Shown: piece by piece, positions 22,764-36,018 of the stretch | Layout of the letters: each line of letters opens with the position of its first letter | Position numbering within the stretch: the stretch's first letter is position 1 | NCBI GenBank assembly: GCA_002269645.1 | Contig: NIVC01002727.1 | Span: forward strand, 1 to 64,000 | Reading direction: 5' to 3' | DNA: 64,000 nucleotides | Origin: Macrostomum lignano | Taxonomy: Eukaryota | The notes under the pieces: generated by a model | Databases searched by the model: none | What the model saw: only the letters and a program-made list of their open reading frames with translations | Told to the model about the DNA's origin: nothing | Translations under genes and position numbers: made by a program

Positions 22764-24080
22764 TCAGTCGTACAGCTCCGGCATTGCGGTCGGAGTGGTC
22801 AGCGGAGTCCGCGCCGCACTGCCGCCCGCCACCACGGCCAGGTCCAGGTCGGCCGCCCCATTGCTGACGCTGCTGATCAGCGCGTCGCCGCATCTGCCTC
22901 TGACGTCGCTGCCGCCGTCGCGCAGGTTACCCAGCCGCTGCCGCTTCTCTGCGCGACGGCAAAACTCCGGCAGAGGCAGCCGGCGCCGGAAGCAGTTCTG
23001 AACTTCGCGCTTGAACGAATCCGAGAATACGAAGAAGACAAAAAAGTTTGCCAGTGTGTCCAGCGTTATCAGCGCGTTCAAAACGGAGAAGATGAGCTGA
23101 TTCTTGACGTGGCTGTCGCTGCGGAAGCTTGGAAAGAAGTGCAGCAGGATGAAGTAGACAAAGGTAGGCAGCTCCAGTACGGTGAAGGTGGCCGCCAGGA
23201 CCAGTAGAATTCTGGTCGCCTTGCGCTTCCTGCAGCGCCCTCGGTTCTTCGCGATTGAAGACGTGGCCAACTGGTTCTGCTGGCGCCACGCGGCCCCAAC
23301 CGTCACGGCTGAGGTGGTCGAGAGCGCGTTCGATGAGACGGTGGAGTCTGATCTCCTGACGTAACCGCCAGACGCGGTTGAGGCGTCCGAAGGCTCCCGA
23401 GCGGCGCAGAGGTGCATGGCCAGAGCCACGGAGAGTACCAGCACAGCGGGCACGGGGATTCCGGTTTGCATCACGAAGAAGAACAGAATGAAGCGCTCGC
23501 ACAGCAAGGAGGCTTGCTGCTCCTGCTGAGCAGTCACATTGGCGTCAAGTATGCCAACAGGGACGTTGCAGGATTTCTCTTCGACGTGTCTCAGAACGCT
23601 GATTGCCACGGACAGGCAGAGGATGAGGCCGAAGGCCACCGACTGCCGGCGACGCGTAAGAATTTCCGGGACGTGCAGCGGGAAGAGGATTACGATGAAA
23701 CGGATCCCGGTGAGAAATGTGACCCACCAGTTGCGCAGCAGGAGGCTGGCGTTGGTCACAAGGTACTGCGCGTCAGCGAAAATCTCCAGTGAAGATGTCG
23801 AATTCCCAGCTGATCTGCTGGACCCACCAGCACCTGTGAGACCGAAGATGCTGCTCACATGCAGCACGGTGAGCGCTGCGGACGTGAGCAGCCCAGTAAC
23901 AATCAGCAGCACCATGCCCCGGGCTCCGGCTGTGGCGTCCCTCTTTCTGGCGAAGATCCACAGAGTGAAAACCAGGGACAGCAGCGCCGCCAGCGAGACG
24001 CACAGGCTCAGGATGTAGGAGGGCAGCAGCAATGACCAATAGAGCTGCTCATCCTCAGTCAAGTCGACTGTATCATTCAT
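22764..24080 (-). CDS. Rhodopsin-class (class A) 7TM GPCR, peptide-receptor-like/orphan, intronless, 438 aa
   Basis: Seven hydrophobic segments. N-terminal NDT sequon. IRFIVILFP at the end of TM3 (DRY position). KATRILLVLAATFTVLELP in TM6. ANFFVF...SFKREV in TM7/helix 8. Confidence 0.85.
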   Translation of the reverse strand: MNDTVDLTEDEQLYWSLLLPSYILSLCVSLAALLSLVFTLWIFARKRDATAGARGMVLLIVTGLLTSAALTVLHVSSIFGLTGAGGSSRSAGNSTSSLEIFADAQYLVTNASLLLRNWWVTFLTGIRFIVILFPLHVPEILTRRRQSVAFGLILCLSVAISVLRHVEEKSCNVPVGILDANVTAQQEQQASLLCERFILFFFVMQTGIPVPAVLVLSVALAMHLCAAREPSDASTASGGYVRRSDSTVSSNALSTTSAVTVGAAWRQQNQLATSSIAKNRGRCRKRKATRILLVLAATFTVLELPTFVYFILLHFFPSFRSDSHVKNQLIFSVLNALITLDTLANFFVFFVFSDSFKREVQNCFRRRLPLPEFCRRAEKRQRLGNLRDGGSDVRGRCGDALISSVSNGAADLDLAVVAGGSAARTPLTTPTAMPELYD

Positions 24081-24631
24081 GCTATCCAGGTAAATGATTC
24101 TCTCAGTGTAACTCTTGGCAGTTGGTCACTTAGTCACCGCTGATTTTAGTCTGACGTTTGCTCCGCTCAGGAAAGCTCTTTGCCAATTTTGTCCTCTCTG
24201 GATTTCGCTAGGCAAGAGCGTCATTGGATCACGCGCCCTGGCCAATCAGAAGTGGTTCGCTTGATCAGCCAAGCCAGCCAGCCTGAGAGACGACTGCATA
24301 CGGCCGTCCTTGGGACCGGGGGGGGGGCTCCAGAAAGCCAGCCAGGATTAGAATTTCAATTTTTAATTCGCCCGTCTGGGCACGCACAATTTACTGCAAG
24401 CTCGATGCCCGGCGATGACGGACGAGACACGACCGTTTGGCTGCTACCATTCGTTGATCCGTCAATCGGTAGGAGATCAAAGCGGGTCGCTTTTATCTGC
24501 TTCTGGGTCTCTGAAAGAGTTTGCCGAGATTAAATTGGTTGAGACTTCAAGCTCTCTGTTTGCAATAATCACGTACAAGAATAAAAATTACGGACCGCAT
24601 GTTTCAGGTACATGTTTACAAGCCGTGGCTT

Positions 24632-24928
24632 CCCTCTGATGCATCAGTGAGTCCTGCTGCTCTTTCCTTCCGATGCATCAGAGAGTCCCGCTGCTCTTTC
24701 CTTCCGATGCATCAGAGAGTCCCGCTGCTCTTTCCTTCCGATGCATCAGAGAGTCCCGCTGCTCTTTCCTTCCGATGCATCAGAGAGTCCCGCTGCTCTT
24801 TCCTTCCGATGCATCAGTGAGTCCTGCTGCTCTTTCCTTCCGATGCATCAGAGAGTCCCGCTGCTCTTTCCTTCCGATGCATCAGAGAGTCCCGCTGCTC
24901 TTTCCTTCCGATGCATCAGTGAGTCCCG
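24632..24928. repeat. 34-bp minisatellite, about 8.5 copies
   Basis: Unit GCTCTTTCCTTCCGATGCATCAGAGAGTCCCGCT. Confidence 0.9.
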
Positions 24929-26664
24929 CAGTGACTTCCCTCAATTGCACCACCCGAGACACTTAATTGACTGTCTTTGTGTCTGAGCTGGGAGTTAAGC
25001 GACTTTGCTTGAAGTCTGATGGATATCGACAAGGCATCGGTTTCCTTCTGCCTTGTCCTGTGGTCTGCGGCAAGTGCAAATCCCCTGAAGGCCCTCAGAC
25101 TGACTGCATGGCTGAGTACTGTGTTGCAGCGTTTTAGACTCAAGATTGAATTACCAGACGATGAGTCCGAGAGAATGAAGGAATGTAACTCTTATTCCGC
25201 TCTGCCTCTGAGGCGGAGTCTGTGAACAAGTAATGACTAATTAATTAGAGTACAGAGACGCCTAGCACTAAAGCAGACAAGAATTCTCAGTTTAGGAGCT
25301 GAAAAAATGCGTGGAAAGAATCGCTGAGCTAATGGTCCGGCCATATCCGATGTCCAAAGCATCATTTTTAGCTTTGCAAATATTGTCAAAGGTTGCTATA
25401 TTTTGATCAGCTCTTTAACTAAGCGTTTGCCGACAAGGACATCTGTCCTGACTATTCCAGATTCTGGCAAACGGCCCGGACATCGTTAATGACTTTTGCC
25501 GGACCTGAAATTTGATAAAAATAAAACACTGAACCTTGTAATGAAAGATGATTTGAATTTTGAGAATCTAAAATTTAATGCTTGTTGTTTGCTTCCGGTA
25601 TGTCGTCCCCAGCTCCCACCATCCGACTCCCTGGTGCCCCAGCTCCCATCATCGGAATCCCTGGTACCCCAGCTCCCACCATCCGACTCCCTGGTGCCCC
25701 CGGCTCTGATACGAGCTATGAAGTAGAAATCCGTTCCAAGAAACAGCTAGCAAAACAAGTCAGCTGGCCAATAGCAAAATGTTTACAAAATTTGAAGACG
25801 TTGCCACGAGCGTAGTGCCAACAGATTACGTTAATTGGTCGCCAATTACACCGACAAGCAGTCTGGAATTTTCACACCGAGCCAGTCGCAGGACAGTAAA
25901 ACTCAATTACTTTAATTGCTTTAACGAGTCCACGGGGCGATCTGAATTTTTCACAAAATCCGGAAAAGCGCTGCCTATTATGACAAATCAAGCATAGAAG
26001 AAAACACAAAACGTCGAAGCCGGCTTTGAATTGAGCACTCCGGATGGCCCGCTGCACTTCAGTCTGCAATCTGCATGCATCGCAGACTTTCATTAAATTA
26101 ATTGCTCCCGGCACTCCGATTTTCCGGGTTTGCTTTGTTAAAATGCTCGCGGGTAGAGGGGCTGGAGGCCTCAGTCTATCATCGCCAAGCTGAAAGTCGC
26201 GCCTGCTTTGCCTTATCGATCCAGGGACTGCTGCTATTTTGGACGCTGCTTTCGCATTCAATGCTCCTGCAACCCAGCATGCGCTGCTCTATCGGGGCTG
26301 CTCTGCCTCCAACTCATCCGATATGAGTCGAGCAGCTAAAATTAGCAGGTCTGAGTGCCGTTTCCGCCCCACTGCAACAGCACTAGAGAGCCCTTCTCAT
26401 CCCTTCTCATCCCTTCTCATCCCTTCTCATCTGATCGCTTAGCCGCTGTTGACCTGTTTTTTTGATCTTCACTCGCTGGCATGTTTACAGTCCAAGTATT
26501 TCGCTACTTAGCTGACCAAAGCTGATATGCTATCTCTATACCTCTCTCCTCTGTCTGCTTCCTTTTCTTGGGAATGCATAGAATTGCCCTTAGGCCTAAA
26601 GGTTAATGAAACCTGTCTGCATTAGTGGAAGCCGCAGTCCCGTCGATCATCGATGTTCATCGAT

Positions 26665-27437
26665 GCGTCTCTGATCGGCAAATGGCGCCTCTCCGCCTTC
26701 CCGCGGCTTCCCCCGTCTCTGATCGGCAACTGGCGCCTCTCCGCCTTCCCGCGGCTTCCCCCCCCCCGTCTCTGATCGGCAACTGGCGCCTCTCCGCCTT
26801 CCCGCGACTTCCCCCGTCTCTGATCGGCAACTGGCGCCTCTCCGCCTTCCCGCGACTTCCCCCGTCTCTGATCGGCAACTGGCGCCTCTCCGCCTTCCCG
26901 CGACTTCACCCGTCTCTGATCGGCAACTGGCGCCTCTCCGCCTTCCCGCGGCTTCCCCCATCTCTGATCGGCAACTGGCGCCTCTCCGCCTTCCCGCGAC
27001 TTCCCGCGGCTTCCCCCGTCTCTGATCGGCAACTGGCGCCTCTCCGCCTTCCCGCGGCTTCCCCCGTCTCTGATCGGCAACTGGCGCCTCTCCGCCTTCC
27101 CGCGGCTTTCCCCGTCTCTGATCGGCAACTGGCGCCTCTCCGCCTTCCCGCGACTTCCCGCGGCTTCCCCCGTCTCTGATCGGCAACTGGCGCCTCTCCG
27201 CCTTCCCGCGACTTCCCCCGTCTCTGATCGGCAACTGGCGCCTCTCCGCCTTCCCGCGACTTCCCCCGTCTCTGATCGGCAACTGGCGCCTCTCCGCCTT
27301 CCCGCGACTTCCCCCGTCTCTGATCGGCAACTGGCGCCTCTCCGCCTTCCCGCGACTTCACCCGTCTCTGATCGGCAACTGGCGCCTCTCCGCCTTCCCG
27401 CGGCTTCCCCCATCTCTGATCGGCAACTGGCGCCTCT
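26665..27437. repeat. ~48-bp GC-rich minisatellite, about 16 copies
   Basis: Unit CTCTGATCGGCAACTGGCGCCTCTCCGCCTTCCCGCGACTTCCCCCGT, with occasional internal 11-bp duplications. Confidence 0.92.
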
Positions 27438-28004
27438 TCCCCTCTATATACTCTCGCTGGAGCCAAATGCAATCTAAATGTTTCACTAACATGCCGAGTG
27501 GCAAAGCTCTCCATATTTCATACTTGATTTGGCTGCTGGCAGAACAGCTCAGGAAGGTCTAAAATATAATTTTTGGATGAATCCACTTTTTTGAGCTATT
27601 AATTATTCGTATTTTTGTACAATGGGACTCGTGTGCGCACCAAAAGTTGGCCTGCTTGGGGATTTTCGTGCGATTTGCAGCCACGAGGGCCAACCCGCAA
27701 TGCACAGAGAGAGTGCACATGCCTGACAGTTAGAATTGCTCCGTTATTCTCCATTTTTATGCACTCTTTCTAAGTCATTCATGGCTGCTCAATATACAGC
27801 CATTGAACTGAGGTTATCAGAGGCCTTCATAAAAATGCCACTCTGACTCAAACAGTCTGCTAAGATTTACGACTTTGGTTATTCACGAGTCTGTGGCCCC
27901 CGGCTGGATAACTGCTGGATAATTGTAAATTACTGGGTAAAATGCATGTGCAGCACAAGGAAAGGCATTAAAATTGGGCATTTGGTACCGTAGGGGAGCT
28001 AAAA

Positions 28005-29112
28005 GAAGTAGCCTAAGGTGCTGATAGAGTAGCCAAAGGTACTGAAGGAGTAGCCCAAGGTGCTGAAGGAGTAGCCTATAGTACTGAAGGAGTAGCCTAT
28101 AGTACTGAAGGAGTAGCCTATAGTACTGAAGGAGTAGCCTATAGTACTGAAGGAGTAGCCCAAGGTACTGAAGGAGAAGCCTAAGGTGCTGAAAGAGTAG
28201 CCTATAGTACTGAAGGGGTAGTCCAAGGTGCTGAAGGAGTAGCCGATAGTACTGAAGGGGTAGTCCAAGGTGCTGAAGGAGTAGCCTATAGTACTGAAGG
28301 GGTAGTCCAAGGTGCTGAAGGAGTAGCCTATAGTACTGAAGGGGTAGTCCAAGGTGCTGAAGGAGTATGGAGTAGCCTATGGTAACTGAAGGAGTAGCCT
28401 AAGGTACTTATGGAGTAGCCCAAGGTGCTGAAGGAGTAGCCTATAGTACTGATGGGGTAGTCCAAGGTGCTGAAGGAGTAGCCTATAGTACTGAAGGGGT
28501 AGTCCAAGGTGCTGAAGGAGTAGCCGATAGTACTGAAGGGGTAGTCCAAGGTGCTGAAGGAGTATGGAGTAGCCTATGGTAACTGAAGGAGTAGCCTAAG
28601 GTACTTATGGAGTAGCCTAAGGTGCTGAAGGAGTAGCCTATAGTACTGAAGGAGTAGCCCATAGTACTGAAGGAGTAGCCTAAGGTGCTGAAGGAGTAGC
28701 CGATAGTACTGAAGGGGTAGTCCAAGGTGCTGAAGGAGTATGGAGTAGCCTATGGTAACTGAAGGAGTAGCCTAAGGTACTTATGGAGTAGCCTATGGTA
28801 ACTGAAGGAGTAGCCTAAGGTACTTATGGAGTAGCCTATGGTAACTGAAGGAGTAGCCTAAGGTACTTATGGAGTAGCCTAAGGTACTTATGGAGTAGCC
28901 TAAGGTACTTATGGAGTAGCCTAAGGTACTTATGGAGTAGCCTAAGGTACTTATGGAGTAGCCTAAGGTACTTATGGAGTAGCCTATGGTAACTGAAGGA
29001 GTAGCCTAAGGTACTTATGGTGTAGCCTATGGTAACTGAATGAGTAGCCTAAGGTACTTATGGAGTAGCCTATGGTAACTGAATGAGTAGCCTAAGGTAC
29101 TTATGGAGTAGC
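28005..29112. repeat. 21-bp minisatellite with several sub-variants
   Basis: Units such as CTGAAGGAGTAGCCTATAGTA, CTGAAGGGGTAGTCCAAGGTG and CTTATGGAGTAGCCTAAGGTA. Confidence 0.92.
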
Positions 29113-31681
29113 CCTCAAAAAAATCCCAATCGGAATTGCGTGGGCGGCGTCAAGTCCTCATTTTTAGTTCCAGCTTCCCGGATGGCGGATATTAAGGCCG
29201 TCCCAGTCAATATTTGTCTGCAGCCTGGGGGTCGCTCTGTGCCAGACGGAGCCTCCCAGTTTGCGTCGCAGCGAGCGAATCGGGTTGGCAACTGGGGCGG
29301 ATTTAGAACCGATTAAGGACAAACCAAACAGAGTTTAGAACAAAATGTCAGAACCAGAGAGAATAGCACAACCTGATAGGCACTCGTATACGGGTAACTG
29401 AAGGACTAGCCTAATGTAATGCAGTTCCCAAGAGAGTTTCTTGAACTTGTGTCGGCAACAAAGTTTTTTGTCTGCTCCGACGACTGGTGACGAAAATTTC
29501 GTAGAAAATAAACCCGGAAATTGCGTTGGAGAAAACGCAATTCTAAGAAATGATCGAATTAATTGAGCGCCCTCAGTCTGCGGACAAAGATTTTTTGAGT
29601 AAGTCCTTTTATGGAAGTGGCGAAGAAACCAACGGAAACTCGATTGCTCTCCCGGGCAGCGCGGGTCACGCGAGATCAGCGAGCCGCGTGGGATTTCCGG
29701 ATAACAAGATGAGAGCCACTAGGCGAACTCGAACCCTCGGTTCCTCCCGTTCCTGTTGATTTAAAAATACCCTTCTAGCGTGCCAGAACGAACAGTTCGG
29801 GTATTTATCAGGAATCGGGTTTCAGACTCAACTAGTAAGTCATCGTAGTCAGCTGATTCGGCACTCGAACTCGCTTTGTAGGGACCATGAACTAAAGGCA
29901 ACAATGGGAGTCGCCCTTGAGCCTTGGCATCTCAGCAACACCTATTGAGCAATGAGCCCTGACTTAAAGACTCCAAGGGAGCACTGAGACAGGACATTGC
30001 TACTCACATAAGCCGCATGTAGGCAGTAGCTAAAACTACACGATGACTGCATGGACAGTGACCTTGAATTCAGTCAGTTTTGGGTATAGTTTTAGGTATC
30101 AGCAAATAGAGGGAATTGAGGTGAGGCAATTTACTTGTCAGAAATAGCAAAAATGCACCCGTATCGTTTCTGATTGAGACAGCCGTCGAACTCTGTAATT
30201 CCCCAGCAGAGCAACGTGTGTCAGCCAACAGCACAAAAGCAATTTGTTGGCGCACTTGTCACATCAAAGTTTTCTAACAGTAACACTTTCTTAAGTTGCT
30301 AAACTTACGGGTGGAATTGCTGAGATGTCAAGGCTTACGGGGGAATTGCTGAGATGTCAAGGCTGACAAGGGAATTGCTGAGATGTCAAGGCTTACGGAT
30401 GGAGTTGCTGAGATGTCAAGGCTGAGAGGTCAGAAGCTACATGTAGTTTATTCAAAAAATTGTTTTATCCATTGTTGCCTCCCCAACGGGGGCGGTGATT
30501 GCTAGTTTTCTTCTATTTATCATCCTTCTTTTTGTCCGTTACCACCTTCTCTACTTGTCAGTAAGTAGTATTGCAAGAATATTTGCAACGTAGCGAAATT
30601 GAATATTTTTCCTGAACTCGCGGTCAACTCAGGCGAGCAAATCCAATGAATTAGCGGTCCAACCTACCTGCGCCCCTGGGACCGGGGGAGTTGATGATGC
30701 TTCTGCTCGGAGTCTGGCCCCGGGGTGGTGTGTTCTTTAATCAGTTCCTTGGAATTCTGCGGAGCCACCAGTAAAGACCTTTTTTCTTCGTAAATTCATT
30801 TTCTCGCTATTCAGTGCCTGGCTGTCTGGGGGCGAGTGCGAAGCTGAGCTGCCCCGCCCAGCTTCATCATTCTGATGAGCGATTATCCCTTATTTTTCCC
30901 ACTAAGATATTCCCAAAGGACTCGACTCAGTGAGCGGTGTTTAGACCTGCTTTTGCTGAACTTTCACTGGATTCCGGCAGTTAGTCAGTCAGTTGAGTAT
31001 GTCCAATATTCAGAAAGAAAATGCACTTATGCACTTATGTAACATTTTGGATGTGAAGACCAGGAAACTGGGCTTCTATAACAATAAGTTTGAAATCATA
31101 TTGGCATTGGTCAATAACTCTGACTTTTAATGGCCGAATGTTTGAATGGCAGCTGATCTTGCTGCTGCCTCAACAACCCCAAGATTCCAGGAATACCTTC
31201 TAGCCCCAATAAAAAGTGCAGCTTCTCCGCTACGGAGCTCAGTTGCACTTTCTCCCAGATTTGAGCCTCGCGATGAACTGATTTCCATCCTGCAATAATC
31301 TTACTGAATGCGATGGATTAGCATTTTCTGCTTTCGCATTCAGGCGCAGAGAGGCTTGAGTTATTGGGGGCGATCCGGTACGCTACCCGCGGGACAACCC
31401 GACCAGAATCTGACAGAAAATTCCCTGCCTCAACGCTCTTTCTCCCCGTGGTCAGAAAGATTGTCAGTCTCGAGTCCATAATTCGCGCGAAAGTCTTTGA
31501 TTGATACCGGCTTAGAGATAGAAAGTACAGGCGGTAGGTGTGTCGCGGCTGTCTCAGCTTCTGTTTTGGGCATATGATGGCAAAGAATGAGACCAAGTTA
31601 AATGGTAAGTCATGCGGTCCAGTCTGGTGGTGTATCCTTCCTTTCCTTGAAACATTTTTGAGGCAGTTTGAAAAAGTCTTA

Positions 31682-32673
31682 ATGCATGGCAGCAAGTCTT
31701 ACTACATGGCAGCTAGTCTCACTGCATGGCAGCAGGTCGTACTGCATGGCAGCTGGTCTTACTGCATGGCAGCAGGTCTTACTGCATGGCAGCAGGTCTT
31801 ACTGCATGGCAGCAGGTCTTACTGCATGGCAGCTGGTCTTACTGCATGGCAGCAGGTCTTACTGCATGGCAGCTGGTCTCACTGCATGGCAGCAGGTCTT
31901 ACTGCATGGCAGCTGGTCTTACTGCATGGCAGCTGGTCTTACTACATGGCAGCTGGTCTCACTGCATGGCAGCTGGTCTTACTGCATGGCAGCAGGTCTT
32001 ACTGCATGGCAGCAGGTCTTACTGCATGGCAGCAGGTCTTACTGCATGGCAGCAGGTCTTACTGCATGGCAGCTGGTCTCACTGCATGGCAGCAGGTCTT
32101 ACTGCATGGCAGCAGGTCTTACTGCATGGCAGCTGGTCTTACTGCATGGCAGCAGGTCTTACTGCATGGCAGCAGGTCTTACTGCATGGCAGCAGGTCTT
32201 ACTGCATGGCAGCAGCAGGTCTTACTGCATGGCAGCTGGTCTCACTGCATGGCAGCAGGTCTTACTGCATGGCAGCTGGTCTTACTGCATGGCAGCAGGT
32301 CTTACTGCATGGCAGCAGGTCTTACTGCATGGCAGAAGGTCTTACTGCATGGCAGCAGGTCTTACTGCAGTGCAGCAGCAGGTCTTACTGCATGGCAGCT
32401 GGTCTCACTGCATGGCAGCAGGTCTTACTGCATGGCAGCTGGTCTTACTGCATGGCAGCTGGTCTTACTACATAGCAGCAGGTCTTACTGCATGGCAGCT
32501 GGTCTTACTGCATGGCAGCAGGTCTTACTGCATGGCAGCTGGTCTTACTACATGGCAGCTGGTCTTACTGCATGGCAGCAGGTCTTACTACATGGCAGCA
32601 GGTCTTACTGCATGGCAGCAGGTCTTACTACATGGCAGCAGGTCTTACTGCATGGCAGCAGGTCTTACTGCAT
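31682..32673. repeat. 20-bp minisatellite, about 49 copies
   Basis: Unit ACTGCATGGCAGC(A/T)GGTCTT. The overlapping long ORFs are repeat read-through. Confidence 0.95.
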
Positions 32674-34076
32674 GACAGCAAAAGGTCCAGGATACAGTTA
32701 TGGCTGCTCTGTTGACTTGACTCCTGAGCCCCATGGCATAGTCGACTTTCTGCCTGTAAGGCCGCTCACTGGGATAGATGTTGGCTTGAAGCAAATAACC
32801 TGCAGTTTTGCTTGGGAGGAAAGGGGCGGGACTCGGTAATGAGAATTCTGCCTGTAACGAACGAAAAAGTGGCGCAGAGAGAGAAAGTAACCAAATACCG
32901 AAATGACGCGTTGGGCGATGGTTCCAAATTCAAACGATAGTTCTCAGTAGGCGAAATGCAGAGACCCAGACAGACACTGGGACTCATAGTTGAAAGTTCT
33001 AGTTGGAGTTGAACTCAGCTACAACTGCAGGTTACTCTGCTATCTTGCTTCAATTTCGTTAATAGTTAAACCAACAACTCCGCGTTCCAAGTGTTCCGGT
33101 AGTGAAAGTGGACTAAAAACGCTGTACTGAAAATTTTTCGCAAGCGTTTTTCTCACGGTCAGAAAAGAACAGAAAACTTGTTGCTGCTGCTACTTATTTT
33201 TCTGCTGCTGCTGCTTTCAGATTTTTTTACGAAAGCCCCGCAAAAATCTTTTGCGCAGTTTTGACAAGTCCGACACGACATGGGAAGACCGGCGCAGCTG
33301 GGAGAGAAGGGGGCAAAAGCTTCAACGACCTGCCCGGGGCCGCGGGAGATTTCCGCCCTTCGCCGATGCTGTTTGCCCAGCTAAAACAAGGAGTGTCTTT
33401 GCTGAGGGTTCCTGGGTTGCTGCTGGGAAGAAGACAAAAGGCCACACAAGCAGGCGGCCCGGAGTTTGTTCAGCCCCAGCATCCCGGCTACATCAGGCCT
33501 CCCTCGACTGCGTTTCCCCATTTCTTTCCTTTCCTCTCTGTCCCTCCCAAATCCCTCTAAAATCGACATTCTGTCCTCATGCAGCTGCGCCGAAGCGAGT
33601 CCAGCCTCCTCAATACGGCGCCTTACCATTGCCAACAACGCAAAGCACCGTCGAGGAGCAATCGACAAGAGTCAGGTTTCCCCAGTCCTAATCCTATGCG
33701 AAGCCTACGCTCCGGCTCCCCGGATCCCAGCAGATCCCGCCATCCCGAACCGCATTATGAGGGCATTCATCACTCTGGCTCTGTGTTCGCTTCCCTTGCG
33801 AATACATTGTGGCAGACCCAGTGCAAGGTGTGATGAGCTGTCTGTGAGATTCTTCAGTCTCCCGAAGCCGCTGGGCCGCGCACGTGGGATTCATGAAGCC
33901 GGGGCCACTCAATCAAAGCAGAATGAATGCACTCCATCAGACAGATACAGCGCCTTTGTGTTTAAGAAAATATAAGAATTGGTCCACTGAAATAGTGTAA
34001 ACGTGATCTATTTTGCACTTTAGACAGGAAAAACTTTAATGCTATCCTTAAGTCTGGACCAAAAAAACTTCGAGAG

Positions 34077-34534
34077 CTTCTGATCATGATGCATTCAAGG
34101 TTATTCTAGATGCACTTTCCAATGGCAATGGCATCTTCTGATCATGATGCATTCAAGGTTATTCTAGATGCTCTTTCCAATGGCAATGGCATCTTCTGAT
34201 CATGATGCATTCAAGGTTATTCTAGATGCTCTTTCCAATGTCAATGGCATCTTCTGATCATGATGCATTCAAGGTTATTCTAGATGCTCTTTCCAATGAC
34301 AATGGCATCTTCTGATCATGATGCATTCAAGGTTATTCTAGATGCACTTTCCAATGGCAATGGCATCTTCTGATCATGATGCATTCAAGGTTATTCTAGA
34401 TGCTCTTTCCAATGGCAATGGCATCTTCTGATCATGATGCATTCAAGGTTATTCTAGATGCACTTTCCAATGGCAATGGCATCTTCTGATCATGATGCAT
34501 TCAAGGTTATTCTAGATGCTCTTTCCAATGGCAA
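34077..34534. repeat. 58-bp tandem repeat, about 8 copies
   Basis: Unit CTTCTGATCATGATGCATTCAAGGTTATTCTAGATGC(A/T)CTTTCCAATGGCAATGGCAT. Confidence 0.95.
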
Positions 34535-34926
34535 GCCAGGGCGCTGATACTATTCTGCCACTCTAACGATAGCGCATTGGTCCCTCTCTATCTCAAGTCT
34601 TTGCCAAATTATTTACATAACATCTAAGAACATGATTGTATTCAACCTTCACATGCTAATTAGCCTGCTCAGCATCCCTGACGCGACCCTGTAGTATAGG
34701 CTGTACGCTGCTACACCAGCACTGTAATCTTCCTTCTAGATAAGAGGGGCTGAATCTAATGCTCGTCAATCACGCATGCTGTCGTATCCCATTGGTCGAG
34801 GCTTCACATCCCATCGCCGAGGAGTGCCCCACCCTCCTCCAGTTTCCTTCCAGTGGGATTTAACTCGACCCTCAGTGCGTGGCCATCTGGCCATATCCGA
34901 CAGATGTCCACTGTTGAGCCGCGGAG

Positions 34927-35319
34927 ATGAACAGCGCAGGATCGGATGGTCCAGGAAATGCTGACACCACGACAGCACCTGCGGATGCGGAGCCGCCGCG
35001 CACCTGGGACCCGGAGAAATTTCGTCTGGCATTCGCTGGCCGACGCCTGATCTCGTTTGACGAACTGTACAAGTACTACCGCTACGACGGCGTCAAGTCC
35101 CGCATCACGAGCTTGCGCTACGATCCCTGGGACGGCGTGAAGATCGCGCTAGTGCTCATGGGCCTCATGGTGCTCATTGCCGCTTGCATGACGGCGTGTC
35201 ACTATCGCGAGAAGAGTCGTCGCCGGAGACTGTCAAGGCAGGACGTGGCCGCTGACCCTGACGAAGAAGTAGAAGTAGAGCTCTGTCGACGAACGCCGTG
35301 CAGTGAGATGAAGAAGTAG
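34927..35319 (+). CDS. Small single-pass membrane protein, 130 aa, family not recognised
   Basis: GC-rich, host-like codon usage. One hydrophobic helix (IALVLMGLMVLIAACMTAC) followed by a basic stop-transfer segment (REKSRRRR). Confidence 0.6.
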   Translation: MNSAGSDGPGNADTTTAPADAEPPRTWDPEKFRLAFAGRRLISFDELYKYYRYDGVKSRITSLRYDPWDGVKIALVLMGLMVLIAACMTACHYREKSRRRRLSRQDVAADPDEEVEVELCRRTPCSEMKK

Positions 35320-36018
35320 CCCTGCCGTAACTGGCACTTAAGTTCGTCTTTTTCTTCCCGAGAGTCAGCCGCTTGGAGACAGAGTGTTACTGCATCATCA
35401 GCTGTGTCCCAGCCGTCAGACATGTATCTCTTTGACCATTTTGGGATGGACATCTTCTTTCTCAGCTTGTCGTTTGGATTCAATATCAAATGACTAGCAG
35501 TGGTCGAGTGCTAATCAACTGTACAGTTTAATTGATCAAGGCCTGTTATTGTGTTGCATTTAATATGGCCAGAAAGATTTGGCTGCGATCTGTATAGAAT
35601 TCAAGAATAATAAGCCTATTTTATGAAATCTTGCATCACATTGCCATGTTGTGAATATCTATTGAGTTGGGTCCCAGTTATTTTTTATCACGGCAAGGGA
35701 ACTTTAATCCCAAGTACGTTCTCTTAAGAACTAACTTTAAATTGTTTTGTTTTTCACGTTCGTCCCGCCAAGTCAGTTCAGTCAGCTGTTGGGCGCCTTC
35801 CTCCACCCCAGTCACTCAGTATCATTGTACAAACACTGATCGCTATGCATTGCAAAATCGTATCAAAACAGTGCAAGCAGGAGCGATGAACTTTAGGGCA
35901 AGTTCAGGCCAGGTAAGCCAGGGCAAACCTTTGCACAAGAGCCTTTTTATGTAGCTGTGTCTCCGCAGATGCTTTACATCACGTGACTGCCTTGAACATC
36001 AGACAATCGCGCTTCAAC

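Noticed and set aside
29918-30425. One inverted copy (29918-29942) of the ~30-bp GTTGCTGAGATGTCAAGGCT unit repeated 4 times at 30310-30425
   Set aside because: Could be short TIRs, but no TSD or clear ends were found.
31538-32839. 433-aa and 329-aa ORFs; similar long ORFs at 26622-27514, 27999-28725, 37650-38270, 49685-50300 and 56992-57999
   Set aside because: All are read-through of stop-poor minisatellites.
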